A stretch of 64,000 nucleotides of DNA from contig NC_043019.1 of NCBI RefSeq assembly GCF_006345805.1, forward strand, positions 32,053,360 through 32,117,359, given 5' to 3'. Positions within the stretch are counted from its first letter, which is position 1, and each line of letters begins with the position of its first letter. Positions 11,990 through 25,084 of the stretch are shown piece by piece. This DNA is from Octopus sinensis. Lineage: Eukaryota. The notes beneath the pieces are model-generated. The model ran no database searches and was not told the origin of the DNA. It saw only the letters and a list, made by a program, of their open reading frames with translations. A program made the position numbers and the translations under genes.

Positions 11990-12215
11990 GTGTGTGTATA
12001 TGTTTGTGTGTCTGTGTTTGTGCCCCCAATATTGCTTGGCAACTGATGCTGTGTGTTAACATCCCTGTAACTTAGTGGTTTGGCAAAAGAGGCTGATAGA
12101 ATAAGTACTAGGCTTACAAAGACTATGTCCTGGGATCAATTTCTTCGACTAAAGGTGATGCTTCAGCGTGGCCGCAGTCAAATGACTGAAACAAGTAAAA
12201 GAGAGAGAGAGAGAG
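11990..12215 (+). mobile_element. Composite SINE, 3' module
   Basis: ttgcttggcaactgatgctg...cagtcaaatgactgaaacaagtaaaag. Confidence 0.8.
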
Positions 12216-12378
12216 TATATATATATATATATTATATATATATATGATGGACTTATCTTCAAGATTTCAACAACTTGATTGTTTATCTTTAGAATGACAT
12301 TGTAGGGAGGTGTGAGAGGCCAGATCCGACCGGTCTGAATACAAAACAAGTAAAACATATGGGCTGTATGTGGTTGGT

Positions 12379-12830
12379 TTAACCCAGCTGAAACCGGATC
12401 TGGCTCTGAGTATAAAAGTCTTTAATTCAAAAGTTTTGAATTAAAACCTTCCACCAAACCTTAGTCACAATTTATGTTCCTAACTCTAGCTTAATGATAA
12501 CCAAGTCATTTTATGAAATTCTTTGTTATATTTATATATTTCTTTATTGCCCACAAGGGGCTAAACACAGAGGGGACAAACAAGGACAGACAAAGGGATT
12601 AAGTCGATTATATCGACCCCAGTGCGTAACTGGTACTTAATTTATCGACCCCGAAAGGATGAAAGACAAAGTCGACCTCGGCGGAATTTGAACCCAGAAC
12701 ACTTAACGGCAGACGAAATACGGCTACGCATTTCGCCCGGCGTGCTAACGTTTCTGCCAGCTCGCTGCCCTATGCCAGCTTGAAAGAAGCACAAAGTATC
12801 TCAAAATAAATACAGTAACAAAAGGGTTAA
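12379..12830 (+). mobile_element. piggyBac-type MITE family A, interrupted by a SINE
   Basis: Homologous to the 18551-19786 unit; ends gtaacaaaagggTTAA. Confidence 0.8.
12538..12770 (-). mobile_element. SINE with Meta/MESC-like core
   Basis: Minus strand reads ggcagcgagctggcagaaacgttagc...ttcaaattccgccgaggtcgactttgtctttcatcctttcggggtcgataaattaagtaccag; core name is from recall. Confidence 0.85.
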
Positions 12831-13560
12831 ATGCTAGAGGGTTTATTGCTGGGGTTTGCATGTACAACAGCTGTTAGTTTGATACAGGTGATATTAGCCA
12901 TAGGCCCTTTCATTACCTCACAGCGAAGATGAGTACAAAACACCTGTAATAAGCTTGTGGTGAGAGCAGAGAAGACAAAACTAGGTCCTTGCTAAGCACC
13001 TCCAATCCCCCCCCCCCGTCAGTTGCTCGTTGATGGAGGTATGTGATTATGAAACCACTGAATGTTGGCTCCCGATTGATAATCACCTGATAATGGATGG
13101 ACATTTAAAGGGCAGGAAGTAAACTGAGTGGGGGTGGATTAGGGTCTCTGTTTAGTGTTGTTTGCTGTCCTTACTAACCCTTGCACCCTTCCTATTTATG
13201 TAAGAAAGGCCTTATTATTTATCATGTATATATATATATATATACATGTGTGTATTTATATATATATATATATATATATAGGTGTGTGTATATATATATA
13301 TATGATATGTGTATATTATATACACATACACACAATGTATATATATGTATATAAATACACCCACACACCTATAGTATATATATTATATATATATATTAGA
13401 GAGAGAGAGAGAGAGATAGATAAACACACACACATATATACATACATGCACACATATATGTTCATATATATATATATATATATATAACACACACATACTA
13501 CATATATACATATATATACACACATCTCTCTCTCCACACATACACAACGATATATATATA

Positions 13561-13600
<40 letters not shown>

Positions 13601-14367
13601 GACCCATGTATATATATATATATATATCTATGAAATTATTCCTGTTCTAATTCTGAAAGTACATAAATCTGGTCTCTTCTTCCTTTCTGTTCCTCCGCAG
13701 ACATTCCGGCTCTTTCCCCACCCACCACCACCACCATCCCCGCTTTCATTAACTGACTGTGCTATCTGTTTTAATTGCACTACATGTGTGTGTGTGTGTG
13801 TGTGTATGTGTCTGTCTGCCTCTGTGTCCGTCTGTCTGTCTGTCTTGTCGGGTCCACCCTTGTGTCACACACCACGACATTTGCTCCTCATATTTCCAAA
13901 AATTGTTCTCAACAACAATAATTTTCAACATATTTATTTTCCCCCTCCCTCCCTCCTTCCATGCCCACCCCACCCCCCGCCGTTACCCCCTCTCTCTCTC
14001 CCTCTCTCATTTCCATCTTTCTTTCTCTCCAATGTACTTATTTCCTTCCCTGTTGACAAAAAAATACAGATCCCCATTCTATTTTTACTTTGTATATATG
14101 TGTGCGTGTGAGTGTGTGTAAGAAAGAGATGCGTGTGTGTGTGGTGTGTGTATGTATATATATATATACATACATACATACAAACAATCGAACATACACG
14201 CATTCACACATTCCTCTTCTCACTTATAAGAATAAATTCTGTATGTACTTAGTGTTTCCTTCTCTCTGTCTCTCACTCTCTCTCTTTCTACATGTCATAC
14301 ATATAGATGTGTGTATGTATAAAGATATGTATTATGATTGCATACCTATATGTGTATATATATATAT

Positions 14368-14568
14368 ACGCCGGGCGAAATGCGTAGCCGTATTTCGTCT
14401 GCCGTTATGTTCTGAGTTCAAATTCCGGCGAGGTCGACTTTGCCTTTCATCCTTTCGGGGTCGATTAAATTAGTACCAGTTACGCACTGGGGTCGATATA
14501 ATCGACTTGATCCATTTGTCTGTCCTTGTTTGTCCTCTCTGTGTTTAACCCCTTGTGGGTAATAAAGA

Positions 14569-14572
<4 letters not shown>
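14368..14572 (+). mobile_element. Meta-like SINE, 5' truncated
   Basis: Homologous to 35907-36140. Confidence 0.85.
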
Positions 14573-14604
<32 letters not shown>

Positions 14605-14691
14605 TGATATATATGTATGTATCAGTATATAAATATCTTTTACTTGTTTCAGTCATTAGACTGCAGCCTTTGCTGGGGCACCACATTTATT

Positions 14692-14734
<43 letters not shown>

Positions 14735-14745
14735 TGTGTGTGTGT

Positions 14746-14995
14746 GGAGGCACGTGGCTTAGTGGTTAGGGTGTCAGCACCATGATCGTAAGATTATGGT
14801 TTCGATTCCTGGACCGGGTGACGCGTTGTGTTCTTGAGCAAAACACTTCATTTCACGTTGCTCCAGTCCACTCAGCTGGCAAAAATGAGTAACGCTGTGA
14901 TGGACTGGCGTCCCATCAAGCTGGGGAACATATACGCCACAGAAACTGGGAAACCAGGCCCATGAGCCTGGCCAGGCTTTAAAAAAGGGTGCATT
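14746..14995 (+). mobile_element. tRNA-head CORE-like SINE
   Basis: ggaggcacgtggcttagtggttagg..ggtttcgattcc head, then gtgttcttgagcaaaacacttcatttcacg. Confidence 0.8.
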
Positions 14996-15029
14996 TATTA
15001 TTTCATATATATATTTATTTTTTATTTTA

Positions 15030-15074
15030 TCTAGTTTCAGCTCTCGAGCTGTGGCCATGATGGGGCACCGCCAT
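15030..15074 (-). mobile_element. Isolated SINE/LINE 3' stem-loop tail (variant)
   Basis: Minus strand reads ggcggtgccccatcatggccacagctcgagagctgaaactag. Confidence 0.7.
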
Positions 15075-15075
15075 T

Positions 15076-15079
<4 letters not shown>

Positions 15080-15106
<27 letters not shown>

Positions 15107-15125
15107 TATATGTGTAATATATATG

Positions 15126-15168
<43 letters not shown>

Positions 15169-15540
15169 ATCATATCTATATGTATGTATGTATATCATAT
15201 CTATATGTATGTCTGTATATATATGTGATAATATATATGTATGTCTGTATATATATAAGTGATATGTATGTATGCATGTATGTATATCATATCTATATGT
15301 ATGTCTGTATATATAAGTATATATAAGTGATATGTATATAAATATGTATGTATGTCTACACACACATACATATATACTGATACATGCATATATACATATA
15401 AGTATACAATAATATATGTATGTATATGTATATAAGTGATGTATTGTGTATATATATGTATATATATGTCTGTGTATAAATAAATGATGTATTGTGGATG
15501 TATGTTTGTGTGTGTGTTTATACATATATATATGTAGGAG

Positions 15541-15571
<31 letters not shown>

Positions 15572-16520
15572 TAATATATATGCATGTGCGCATACGTAAC
15601 ACACACACACATACACACATGCATATTTAAATATTTTTCTAGTTAATTAGCAAATTATATTTGTTCTAAGATACCTATCTATCTCTTTATACCTCTTAAC
15701 TAAACAGGAAATATTTTATTTTTCTTTCGAATTTGATATTCTCACTTCCAATACCGTCAAAGCCTCCCTCCTTCCTTCCATGACATCACCACCAACGCCA
15801 CCTTCACTCCTCTTACCTTAAATATCTTTCATATATCAAGTCCGCAAACATTAATTTACTTTAATTAAGTAAATTAAAAAAAAAAAAGAATAAAGAGACG
15901 AGAGTAAAAAATATACAAAAATAAAAGACTGAAAAATGTTCCCCTTTTTAGTAGATGTACTAAACTTTTGAAGGGTTGGAGAGTGCTTGGGTCCCAGACT
16001 GATAGTGTGCTGTGTGAGTGGATACATATATATATGTATGTATATGTATGTGTGTATGTATGTATGTATATGTATGTATGTACGTGTATGTATATGTATG
16101 TATGTATGTGTGTATGTATGTATGTGTATATGTATGTTTGTGTATATGTATGGATGTGTATATGTATGTATATGTATGTATGTGTATGTATGTATATGTA
16201 TGTATGTGTATGAATGTATGTGTATGTATGTAGGTGTATGTATGTACATGCATCTATGTACATGTATCTATGTATGTATGTGTGTATGTATGTAGGTGTT
16301 TATATATGTATGTATGTGTGTATGTATGTGTATATATGTATGTGTATATGTATGTATATATGTACATGTGTGCGTATATGTATATATGTGTGTATGTCTG
16401 TATATGTACATATGTATTTGTGTATGTATATGTGTGTGTATAAATATGTATATATATATACTTGTGTCTGTGTATATATATATATAATATTATATATATA
16501 TATAATATATATATAGGTGT
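15080..16520. repeat. TA/TATG microsatellite fields
   Basis: Seen directly (15080-15620 and 16015-16520). Confidence 0.9.
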
Positions 16521-17245
16521 GTGTGCGTGTCTTTTCCATCCCATGATCCATTTGTTGCACAGCGTGCAGTTGTCTGCATTATATAGTCAGGGGCTTAAAT
16601 GGGAGGTTCCTGTACTCAGTTCTTAGCATGAAGGATTTACCCCGCTCAGGTCTGTTTGGGTGGTTGGGTGTACACTTATTTTGTATTTTTCCCCCCTCTT
16701 TTCATTGTTTTTATTAGTTTTATTTTATTTCATTTTTCTTAAATGTTTGAAATACAAAATAAAAAAAGTTTTTTGGTTTTGTTTTCATCAAATAATATTC
16801 CAATTATTGTTGTTGTTGTATTTGTCTTTGGTGGTGATGGTAAGCAATGGTAGGGATGATGGTTTTGGTGGTAGTCATGGTGATGATTTCTCTTATTAGC
16901 CACAAGGGTCCAAGCAATTAGGCTAAAATTTAAAAGGACACAAGCAACAGTTGCAGGGATTTACATGGATCAAAAGAGTTAGATTAGTAGTAATGATAAA
17001 ATCTCGTTAAGAAATAACTGACAATAATTAACAGTAATTTAAAGCAGCAAAGTGGCTGAATCATTAACACGCCTAGCAAAATCCTCAGTGGTATTTCGTC
17101 TGTCTTTTCGTTTTGAGTTCAAATTCTGCCAAGGTAGACTTGGCCTTTCATTCTATTGCAGTTGATGAAGTAAATAATAGTTGAATACTGAATTTGATGT
17201 AAACGATTTACCTGCACCTTCACCCTGAAATTGCTGGCCTTGTGC

Positions 17246-17932
17246 CAAAGTTTGAATGTGTGGTAAGTAGCTTGCTTACCAGTCACATGGTCCCGGGTTC
17301 TGTCCCACTGTGTGGCACGTTGGATGTCTTCAAATTACAGCCTCGGGCTGACCAAAGCCTTGTGAGTGGATTTGGTAGACAGAAACTGGAAGAAGCCCAT
17401 CGTATATATGTGTGTGTGTGTGTGTGTGTGGAGGCACATGGCCTAGTGGTTAGAGCAGCAGGCTCGTGGTCGAGAGAGCGCGGGTTCGAATCTCAGACCG
17501 GGCGATGTGTATGTTTATGATCGAAACGCCCTAAGCTCCACGCGGCTCCGGCAGAAGGTAATGGCGAACTTCTGCTGACTCTTTAGCCACAACTTTCTCT
17601 CACTCTTTCCTCGTGCATCTTGCAGCTCACCTGTGACGGACCGGCGTCCCATCCAGGTGGGGAAACTGGGAAACTGGCCATATGAGCCAGGCGTGGCTCA
17701 AGAAGGAACAAACAACAACATATATATATGTCTGTGTTTGTCCCCCCCAACATCGCTTGACAACCGATGCTGGTGTGTTTACATCTCTGTAACTTAGCAG
17801 TTTGGTAAAACAGACCGATAGAATAAGTACTAGGGTTACAAAGAATAAGCTCTGGGGTCAATTTGCTCGACTAAAGGTGGTGCTCCAGCATGGCCACAGT
17901 CAAATGACTGAAACAAGCGAAAGAATAAAATA
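17246..17932 (+). mobile_element. Composite SINE with a second SINE nested in its central microsatellite
   Basis: Head 17246-17405, tail 17725-17932. Confidence 0.85.
17430..17720 (+). mobile_element. tRNA-headed SINE (family of 36502 and 49517)
   Basis: ggaggcacatggcctagtggttagagc..gggttcgaatctc; (AAC)n tail. Confidence 0.8.
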
Positions 17933-17954
17933 ATAATACCAATATATCCCTCCA

Positions 17955-18150
17955 TTTTCTCTGCCCCGCTAATCCTGGGACTTGGGGACAGTCCTCGGGC
18001 ATCACCTTCCTCGGGTCCTACAAGAAGTAGCTGTCATTATACCTTCCATCTGGATTCTTACGCATGACCAACTCTGACTACGGATATTATCCATCCATCT
18101 CGTTTTTGGTGGACCCGCAGTCTCTTCCTGGTCAGTTCAGCTTAGCTATT
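17955..18150 (-). pseudogene. RTE-like LINE ORF C-terminal remnant (second family)
   Basis: Minus strand translates GPPKTRWMDNIR, matching the GRPxxRWxDxI end motif. Confidence 0.55.
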
Positions 18151-18550
18151 TGACAGATCAAGCCTCTCACACCTGTTCTACAATGTCATTCTAAAAAATA
18201 AATTAACGTGTCATCAAAATCGCGAAGCTGTGAAATACTTTTAAAGATTTTATTCTTTTAGTCATTTGACTGCAGCCATGCTGGAGCATCACCTTGTAGG
18301 GCTTTAGTCGAACAAATTGACCTCAGGACTTGGTTTTTAAGCTTAGTACTTATTCGATGAGAAACACAGAGCATCTCAAAATAAATATGGTAACAAAAGG
18401 GTCAAAGATGAAGTAATATCAATGTTGTGTAGGTTTAAGAGGACATCAGTTCATAATGAAATTTCTTTACAGTCACTTGACTGCTAAAAATAGCAGCTAA
18501 TTTTTTTGTAAACATTCTTGGCAATCATCAACTCTTTAAAAGGGAACTAT

Positions 18551-19786
18551 TTAACCCTTTCATTACCAACCCAGCTGAAACCAGCTCTGGCTCTGTAGTA
18601 CAAATGTCTTGTTTTCATAAGTTTTGAATTAAAATCTTCCACGAAACCTTAGTCACAATTTATGTTCCTAACACTAGCTTAATGATAACTAAGTTATTTT
18701 ACTAAATTCTTTGTTACATTTAACCCTTTTGATACCAACCCGGCTGAAACCTGCTCTGGCTCTGTAGTACAAATGTCTTGTTTTCATAAGTTTTGAATTA
18801 AAATCTTCCACGAAACCTTAGTCACAATTTATGTTCCTAACACTAGCTTAATGATAACTAAGTTATTTTACTAAATTCTTTGTTATATTTAACCCTTTTG
18901 ATACCAACCCGGCTGAAACCTGCTCTGGCTCTGTGTACAAATGTCTTGTTTTCATAAGTTTTGAATTAAAATCTTCCAACAAACCTTAGTCACAATTTAT
19001 GTTCCTAACACTAGCTTAATGATAACTAAGTTTTTTACTAAATTCTTTGTTATATTTAACCCTTTTGATACCAACCCGGCTGAAACCGGCTCTGGCCCTG
19101 AGTACAAATGTTTGTTTTCATAAGTTTTGAATTAAAATCTTCCACAAACCTTAGTCACAATTTATGTTCCTAACACTAGCTAATGATAACTAAGTTATTT
19201 TACTAAATTCTTTGTTATATTTAACCCTTTTGATACCAACCGGCTGAACCTGCTCTGGCTCTGTTGTACAAATGTCTTGTTTTCATAAGTTTTGAATTAA
19301 AATCTTCCAACAAACCTTAGTCACAATTTATGTTCCTAACACTAGCTTAATGATAACTAAGTTATTTTACTAAATTCTTTGTTATATTTAACCCTTTTGA
19401 TACCAACCCGGCTGAAACCTGCTCTGGTTCTGTTGTACAAATGTCTTGTTTTCAAAAGTTTTGAATTAAAATCTTCCACCAAACCTTAGTCACAATTTAT
19501 GTTCCTAACACTAGCTTAATGATAACTAAGTTATTTTACTAAATTCTTTGTTATATTTAACCCTTTTGATACCAACCCGGCTGAAACCTGCTCTAGCTCT
19601 GTAGTACAAATGTCTTGTTTTCATAAGTTCTGAATTAAAATCTTCCACCAAACCTTAGTCACAATTTATGTTCCTAACACTAGCTGAATGATAACTAAGT
19701 TATTTTACTAAATTCTTTGTTATATTTGAAATTAATTGAAAGAAACACAGAGCATCTCAAAATAAATGCAGTAATGAAAGGGTTAA
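18551..19786 (+). repeat. piggyBac-type MITE A expanded into 7 tandem 165-169 bp units
   Basis: TTAA at 18551 and 19783; TIR ccctttcattac / gtaatgaaaggg; units start at 18551, 18720, 18889, 19056, 19221, 19388, 19557. Confidence 0.93.
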
Positions 19787-20149
19787 TAGAGGGGAGGGTT
19801 TGGCACAAGGTGGACCAGACCCTGGGGTCTAAAGACAAAGAAGTTCAACAGGCACATTCAAAACTTATTCTCTCTCAGGTACTCACTCATTCATTTGCAA
19901 ACATCCACACACATAAATACATTCATGGAAACACATACACACACACACACATACAGAGCTGAACAAGTTTCCCTCTTCCCTTAGAAACAATAAACAAACA
20001 AGAAATAGATAAAAAAAAAACATTAATAAACCACAAAAAAAAATAACAAACCACTGTGTATATGTTTGTATGTGTTTGTATGTAAGTGTGTGTGTTTGTG
20101 TGTTTTTGTGCTAAATAAATGATGGATTCACAGTTTGTGTTTCCTAGAA

Positions 20150-20840
20150 ACAATGGTGGTGGTCGTGGTAGGAATGGTAGTGGCGGCGATGGTTGTTGTG
20201 ATGTTCATATTATTGGTCAAAGATGAGAGTGATTGTCATTTGTAATGGTGATGGAGATGATGATGGTAGAGGTGGTGAGGTTAGTGATGGTGGTAGAGGT
20301 GGTGAGGTTAGTGATGGTGGTAGCGGTGGTGAGGTTAGTGATGGTGGTAGCGGTGGTGAGGTTAGTGATGGTGGTAGCGGTGGTTATAGCTGTCATGGTG
20401 ATGGTGGTGATTTTAGAAGTTGTGGTAATGATAATGTTGATAGTTGTACTTATGTCTGTGGTGGTGGTGGTGATGATGGTAGTAATGGTGGTGGTAGCAG
20501 GTGTAGTAGTAATAGTAGGAGGAGGAGGAGAAGAAGCCATATAATGCTGGTGGTGGTAGTGGTAGGAATAGTGGTGATTGTGGTGGTAGTAGTGGTGGTG
20601 GTGGTGGTTGTGGTGCCGCCAATGAAGTGTGTGTCTTGGGGATGGGGCACAGCTACTGTGACAGCCATAAAAGATGTATGAAGCATTTATGATTTACAAG
20701 AAGGGACAGTCCACTGGTCTGGAATGACTACTTGTTTAACAGTAGTGGCGGTGGTGGTGGTGGTGGTGGAAGAGGCAGTATGAGGAGGAGGAGGAGTTAG
20801 CATGCAGTCAATGGTGGCGGTGGTGGTGGTGGTGACTTTT
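20150..20840. repeat. (GGT/GAT/GTA)n low-complexity tract with a 27-bp tandem repeat (~4.5 copies, 20262-20395)
   Basis: Unit gaggttagtgatggtggtagcggtggt. Confidence 0.88.
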
Positions 20841-20962
20841 TACTTGCTATAAATGTTTCAAGTTAGAAAATAAAGGACACTGTATGCATGACCCATTTCA
20901 GGGCCTAGGAGAATGGTGGAGGGTGGGGGTGGGGTGGGGGGTTGATGGATGGTGGGCGACAG

Positions 20963-21135
20963 GGCATGGCTGTGTGATAAGAAGTTTGCTCCCCAACCTC
21001 ATTGAGTTACAAGTTCAATCCCACTGCATGGTACCTTGGCCAAGTGTCTTCTGTTAAAGCATTGGGCCATCCAAAGCCTTGAGAGTGGATTTATTAGATG
21101 GAAACCGGAAGAAGCCCTTTGTATACGTGTGTGTG
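20963..21135 (+). mobile_element. Composite SINE head, degenerate
   Basis: Homology to the family head. Confidence 0.7.
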
Positions 21136-21379
21136 TGTATATATAATAATAATAATAATAATAATAAAAATAATAAAAAGTAATTACATTTGAAACTCCG
21201 AGTACTATGATAACTTTTTACTGTTTAATTTATCGACCCCGAAAAGATGAAAGGCAAAGCCGACCTTGGCAGAATTTGAACTCAGTGCGTAAGGACCAAC
21301 AAAATGCCACTAAGCATTTCACTTGCCATGCTAATGATTCTGCCAGCTTGCCACCTTTAATAATAATAATAATAATAAT

Positions 21380-21810
21380 CATCATCGTTTAACGTCCGTT
21401 TTCCGCGCTAGCACGGGTTGGACGGTTCGACCGGGGTCTGGGGAGCCAGGGGCTGCTCCAGGCTCCAGTCTGATCTGGCAGTGTTTCTACAGCTGGATGC
21501 CCTTCCTAACGCCAACCACTCCGCGAGTGTAGTGGGTGCTTTTTATGTGCCACCGGCACAGAAGCCAGTCGAGACAGGGCTGGCATCGGCCACGTTCGGA
21601 TGGTGCTTTTTATGTGCCACCGGCACAGAAGCCAGTCGAGACAGGGCTGGCATCGGCCACGTTCGGATGGTGCTTTTTATGTGCCACCGGCACAGAAGCC
21701 ATTCGAGGTAGGGTTGGCATCAGTCACGTTCGGATGGTGCTTTTTATGTGCCACCGTCACAGAAGCCAGTCGAGGCGACACTGGCAACGGCCACGTTCGG
21801 ATGGTGCTTT
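21380..21810 (-). mobile_element. RTE LINE 3' end with a 67-bp internal tandem repeat x4
   Basis: (CAT)n on plus; ggtgcttttt units at 21535, 21602, 21669, 21736, 21803. Confidence 0.85.
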
Positions 21811-22179
21811 AATGATGATAATAATAATAATGATGATAATAATAATTAATTCGTTTATTAGACACAAGGGCTGACAAAAATTAATTAAAACATAAAGGGA
21901 CAAAACACAGGACAAAAGTTACAAAGGGTTTTGTCCGTTTGAAAAAAGTCCGTGTAAAAATTCCAGAGATAACAACGAAAATATAACAATTGAAATTCCC
22001 AATAGGGGGAGGCGCTTCGAAAGGTTACTCGTGTGGAAAAACCCATAAAAGCCACGGGAGCCTGGTCCAAAGGCGGGTACAGAGCCCCTTTCTCCTTTTA
22101 TAATACTTTTTTATACTACAGGTGTATCCTCAGAATTGGTCCAAACACTAAAATGCAAGCACATGTAATTTGTGTGTTT

Positions 22180-22800
22180 AAAACCCTTTAGTCAAACATA
22201 ATGCTTATTTTTTCACATTGTGTTTGAATTAATCAATCATTATCTTTTAGCTCTGAGATTTCAATGATGTGATTACTCTCTCTTTTTACTCTTTTACTTG
22301 TTTCAGTCATTTGACTGCGGCCATGCTGGAGCACCGCCTTTAGTCGAGCAAATCGACCCCGAGACTTATTCTTTGTAAGCCCAGTACTTATTCTATCGGT
22401 CTCTAAGTGACGGGGACGTAAACACACCAGCATCGGTTGTCAAGCAATGCTAGGGGGACAAACTCAGACACACAAACACACACACACATATATAAATATA
22501 TATACATATATACGACAGGCTTCTTTCAGTTTCCGTCTACCAAATCCACTCACAGGCATTGGTCGGCCCGGGGCTATAGCAGAAGACACTTGCCCAAGAT
22601 GCCACGCAGTGGGACTGAACCCGGAACGATGTGGTTGGTAAGCAAGCTACTTACCACACAGCCACTCCTGCGCCTATGATTGCTTATTCTTAGAATGACA
22701 TTGTAGTGTAGGTGTGACATGCCAGATCTGGCCAGTTTGAGCATTGAACAGGTAGAATGCTTGGGCCAGATATGGCCGGTTTAAACGCTAAAGGGTTCAG
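22180..22800 (+). mobile_element. piggyBac-type MITE B interrupted by a composite SINE
   Basis: MITE halves rejoin at gatgtgatt|gcttatt; right end aaacgctaaaggg. Confidence 0.8.
22276..22675 (-). mobile_element. Composite SINE, full length
   Basis: Reverse complement of consensus. Confidence 0.9.
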
Positions 22801-22879
22801 GGTTGGGTATGGAATAACTCGTAGAGTGGCATTGCATTCTTCAAACCCAGAAAAACGTGCAAAAAGGGAGACAAAGGTG

Positions 22880-23188
22880 ACTTTGGTGAAATTCAAAAAT
22901 GTCGTTACCAGTGCCACTGGACTGGCTCCTGTGCAGGTGGCACATAAAAAGCACCATTTGAGCGTGACCGTTGCCAGTACCACCTGAATGGCCCTCGTGC
23001 TGGTGGCATGTAAAAGCACCCACTAAACTCTCGGAGTGGTTGACGTTAGGAAGGGCATCCAGCTGTAGAAACTCTGCCAGATCAGATTGGAGTCTGGTGC
23101 AGCCATCTGGTTCACCAGTCCTCAGTCAAAGCATCCAACCCATGCCAGCATGGAAAGCGGACGTTAAACGATGCTGATGATGATGATT
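22880..23188 (+). mobile_element. RTE LINE 3' end
   Basis: gacgttaggaagggcatccagctgtagaaac...catggaaagcggacgttaaacgatgctgatgatgatg. Confidence 0.8.
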
Positions 23189-23603
23189 TAGATGTGAAAT
23201 ACAACAACCAAATAGTGTTGCTCCATTTTTTTTTTTTCATCCAGAACCACTATCGAGTTGACCGTCCCATGGTTTATTGATTCTGTGTTCTTTCTATGGT
23301 GTTGACTTAGGGAAATGGATGAAGGCCCCTCTGTCACATCTTGTCTCCTGGCAAAGAATTTCTGCTTGTAACATTATTATTTACTGCTACCACTGCTACT
23401 ATTACTATTATTACTACTATCACTGCTACAACTACTGTCACTACCACCACCACCACCACCACCACCACTACTACTACTTTGGTACATTGTCATCATTTTT
23501 CTCTGTAATTGGTTTAATGACTTCATTAGCAAGAACAACACCAATAATTGCCAACTACATATAGCCAAGACATTGATACAGGAAGGAGTAGTGAGAGGAG
23601 GTA

Positions 23604-23654
<51 letters not shown>

Positions 23655-23707
23655 ATGTGTATGCATATATGTATATATATATATATATATATATGTATGT
23701 CTGTGTG

Positions 23708-23743
<36 letters not shown>

Positions 23744-24706
23744 TTTATAAAATGTGTGTGTTGCATTAATGTTATTGAATATGTCTGTAAAAAGACGAGC
23801 ATGTATATATATATATATATATCTATATACACAGAGAGAGACAGGGGGGGATGAGAGAAGGAGGTGGGGGTTGATGTATATGCAGGAGAGAATTAGACAG
23901 ACAGACATCCAGGAGACAAGCAACCACCACTTTCTTAGTGGGGTGTCCAGAGATCTAGTTATTTCTAATTATGAAATGGAGCCGAGTATAACGACTACAA
24001 CCACTACAGAGATGATGATGATGATGATCTATCAATCTGTGTGTGTGTGTGTGTGTGTTGGTGTGTAGTAGTTGTCTGTTTGGCTAGATAGATGAGCAAA
24101 TAGTGGCTGATGTAATAGAATGAAAACACATTACAGCAAAACAATGACTGCGTCTTTGCCGCTCACGTCCCACCTCCCTGGTTTTTCCTTCACGTACATT
24201 GTCGTCGTCGTTGTCGTCATCGGCAACGTCGTCAGCATCACCATTTACATCGTCTTTGTCATTGTAACTGCTAACGTTTTGATCCTTGCACAGGTCAGGC
24301 ATGACTTCATTCAAGTAGTATGTTTCTGTGTCTGGTTGGATGCCTTTCCTGAAGCCAACACTACACCTGTTTGCAAGCAAGGTGATGGAGTTATTCCCCC
24401 CCTGCCTGATGAGTAATTGAACAGCTCAAGCATTCTTTCATGGCGGACTGCAAAGAAAGGACACTGTTTTTGTATGAACAGTGAAGCCATGTTTACAGTT
24501 GCTATACCATCGAGATGAGTGGAATATGGACCAAGTCACACACTTACATGCACATTTAAGGGCTTCTTCCAGTTTCCCTTCATGGAATTTTGCTCATATG
24601 ATTGTTTGTAAGGTCACTGTAGTTGAAGACACCAGCCAACTGTGTCTGTTAGTGGGATTGAACTCTTAATAATGTTGTTCTAAAATGAAATTCTTCCCCT
24701 ATATCA

Positions 24707-25060
24707 TCTCTATATATATAAACAGCAAAATGTCTGTGTGTATGTGTATCCTTTATACAAATCCACAATTTTTCAGTTAGAGGGCTCGCACTTTCTATGG
24801 TCATTCAAAACCGTCCAAGGGTGGTCGTGCACATCTTTACATTTCCCCAGTCACCCAGCAAAGCCATTAAAAAATTTTTTGTGAATTTTCTATCCAAAAC
24901 CCAATCAAAATGCCCGAAACTTGATATGCTAATTGAATGCCACCTGGCTGTTTGTGATTGGTTGGAGATTTGGACAGTACTCACGTGTATGTGTGCACGC
25001 ACACAGCTGTATATGCATGCACTAGCACTATGACCCGGCATTGCCGGATCATATTGCTAG
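24707..25060 (+). mobile_element. Non-autonomous Helitron family A (copy 2)
   Basis: A^TC start, CTAG^T end; colinear with 3069-3440; hairpin partly decayed. Confidence 0.88.
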
Positions 25061-25084
25061 TTCAGGCTACTGTGTTAAATGTTA

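Noticed and set aside
18551-19786. CRISPR-like periodicity here and at 21535 and 39370
   Set aside because: Eukaryotic context, no unique spacers and no cas genes; these are plain tandem repeats.
20217-20681. Mucin-like Thr-rich or Gly/Val-rich ORFs
   Set aside because: Trinucleotide low-complexity DNA open in several frames on both strands; no splice or start evidence.
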